The notes under the pieces were generated by a model. That model ran no database searches. It was not told the origin of the DNA and saw only the letters and a list, made by a program, of their open reading frames with translations. Positions 31,110 through 32,000 of a DNA stretch of 32,000 nt are shown in pieces (position 1 is the stretch's first letter; the number at the start of each line of letters is the position of its first letter). The stretch is taken from positions 3,060,001 to 3,092,000 of the forward strand of contig NC_006138.1 in NCBI RefSeq assembly GCF_000025945.1. The letters run 5' to 3'. Both the position numbers and the translations under genes were made by a program. This DNA comes from Desulfotalea psychrophila LSv54. GTDB lineage: Bacteria > Desulfobacterota > Desulfobulbia > Desulfobulbales > Desulfocapsaceae.

Positions 31110-31533
31110 TAATTCTCCTCTCCTCTAAAGGCATTGGCAGGATACATATCACTCATACGATCAGACATTTTATTTACACTTCAGAGATATTTTTTTAGTG
31201 AAATATATCAAAGACTATCGATATAAATCGTATTCAAGCACATTTATTAGCAAATAAGGAAGAAGCTGACACACAGATAGCTCGGAAAAAAACACGCTAA
31301 AAAAATTTCTGCTGGTTTGGAAAGAAAAATTTCCGGGTCTTCCTAAGGGGATGCAGGCTTATATAAATGAAGAATAGTGGTTTGCGGTTAACAAGTTGAG
31401 TCGGTAATAACCGAATTTGATTTTCAACAATCTTGTTCCTTATACGTAGTACAGCTTGCGGTGTCAAGCACTTTCATCATACAAAGAGGCTTTTAGCTAT
31501 TTTTCACCGGCTAACAAAATGCTAGCCACATAA

Positions 31534-32000
31534 TTACTTCTTTTTTTCTATTCTGTCCGCCACGAAAAACAGAATCTGGCTGTATGTCGCCGCAAAGAGC
31601 CCATCGTTATTAATGATAAAGTCAGCACGGGCCTCCTTAATAGCAAGCGGCAGTTGAGAGGCTATGATGCTCGTGGCCAAACTGGCCCGAACATCATCCC
31701 TACGCATAGCCCTGCTTATGGCAATATCCTCAGCTACCGATACCACAATGACCATATCAAAATCATAGGACTGATCGCTCTCAAAGAGTAGCGGTATTTC
31801 AGCAACCAAATGTTTATCACAGACATCTGCCCGCAAACCAGCATCGACAATCTGCCTATGGGCAAGGGGATGCAGGATGGCCTCTAACTCTTTTTTACTG
31901 GCCGGATCAAGGAAAATTTTTTCCCGTACCGCCTCCCGATCCACCTCTCCATCCTCAGAGAAATAGTCAGGGCCCCAAAGTTCCTTCAGCTGTTGCCAGC
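31534..32000 (-). CDS. coaE: Dephospho-CoA kinase, C-terminal part; 5' end beyond the window
   Basis: Frame continues to the window edge (WQQLKELWGPDYFSEDGEVDREAVREKIFLDPASKKELEAILHPLAHRQI...VEIPLLFES...VVSVAEDIAISRAMRRD). Confidence 0.9.
   Translation of the reverse strand, partial: WQQLKELWGPDYFSEDGEVDREAVREKIFLDPASKKELEAILHPLAHRQIVDAGLRADVCDKHLVAEIPLLFESDQSYDFDMVIVVSVAEDIAISRAMRRDDVRASLATSIIASQLPLAIKEARADFIINNDGLFAATYSQILFFVADRIEKKK

Overview
This looks like a mostly housekeeping chromosomal window from a Gram-negative bacterium. Gene order and protein content fit a Desulfobulbales/Desulfotalea-like sulfate reducer, but that taxonomy is an inference. Left to right, the recognisable content is: 3' end of an ispA-type prenyl synthase, dxs, a PAS-GGDEF cyclase, an omptin-family outer-membrane protease, a YhdH/AcuI-type oxidoreductase, a methyl-accepting chemotaxis protein, a nitroreductase, a cupin, an HxlR regulator, an in-frame-TGA peroxiredoxin, a TetR regulator, a zinc-ribbon membrane protein, a repeat-rich accessory patch (14.2-16.95 kb) with a secreted protein and an AbiTii-like protein, a second PAS-GGDEF cyclase, a UDP-glucuronate-epimerase-like gene, class II fba, a frameshifted tatC, a GIY-YIG protein, a sigma54 response regulator plus sensor kinase, and a murA/prmC/prfA/rpmE/rho/coaE block. 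The best finding is the peroxiredoxin at 11499..12155 (-). Its apparent two-ORF split is one in-frame TGA at exactly the first position of a C-x-x-C-type motif (RGQW-U-PYC). A SECIS-like stem-loop follows immediately, so it is a strong selenoprotein candidate. Other points worth following: tatC is interrupted at a 9-nt homopolymer and restored by a -1 shift. The omptin keeps its catalytic residues. An AT-rich patch carries an AbiTii-like gene beside variable-loop palindromic repeats and a decayed gene duplicate. A G9 tract lies inside the TetR coding sequence. I found no CRISPR array, tRNA/rRNA gene or transposase.
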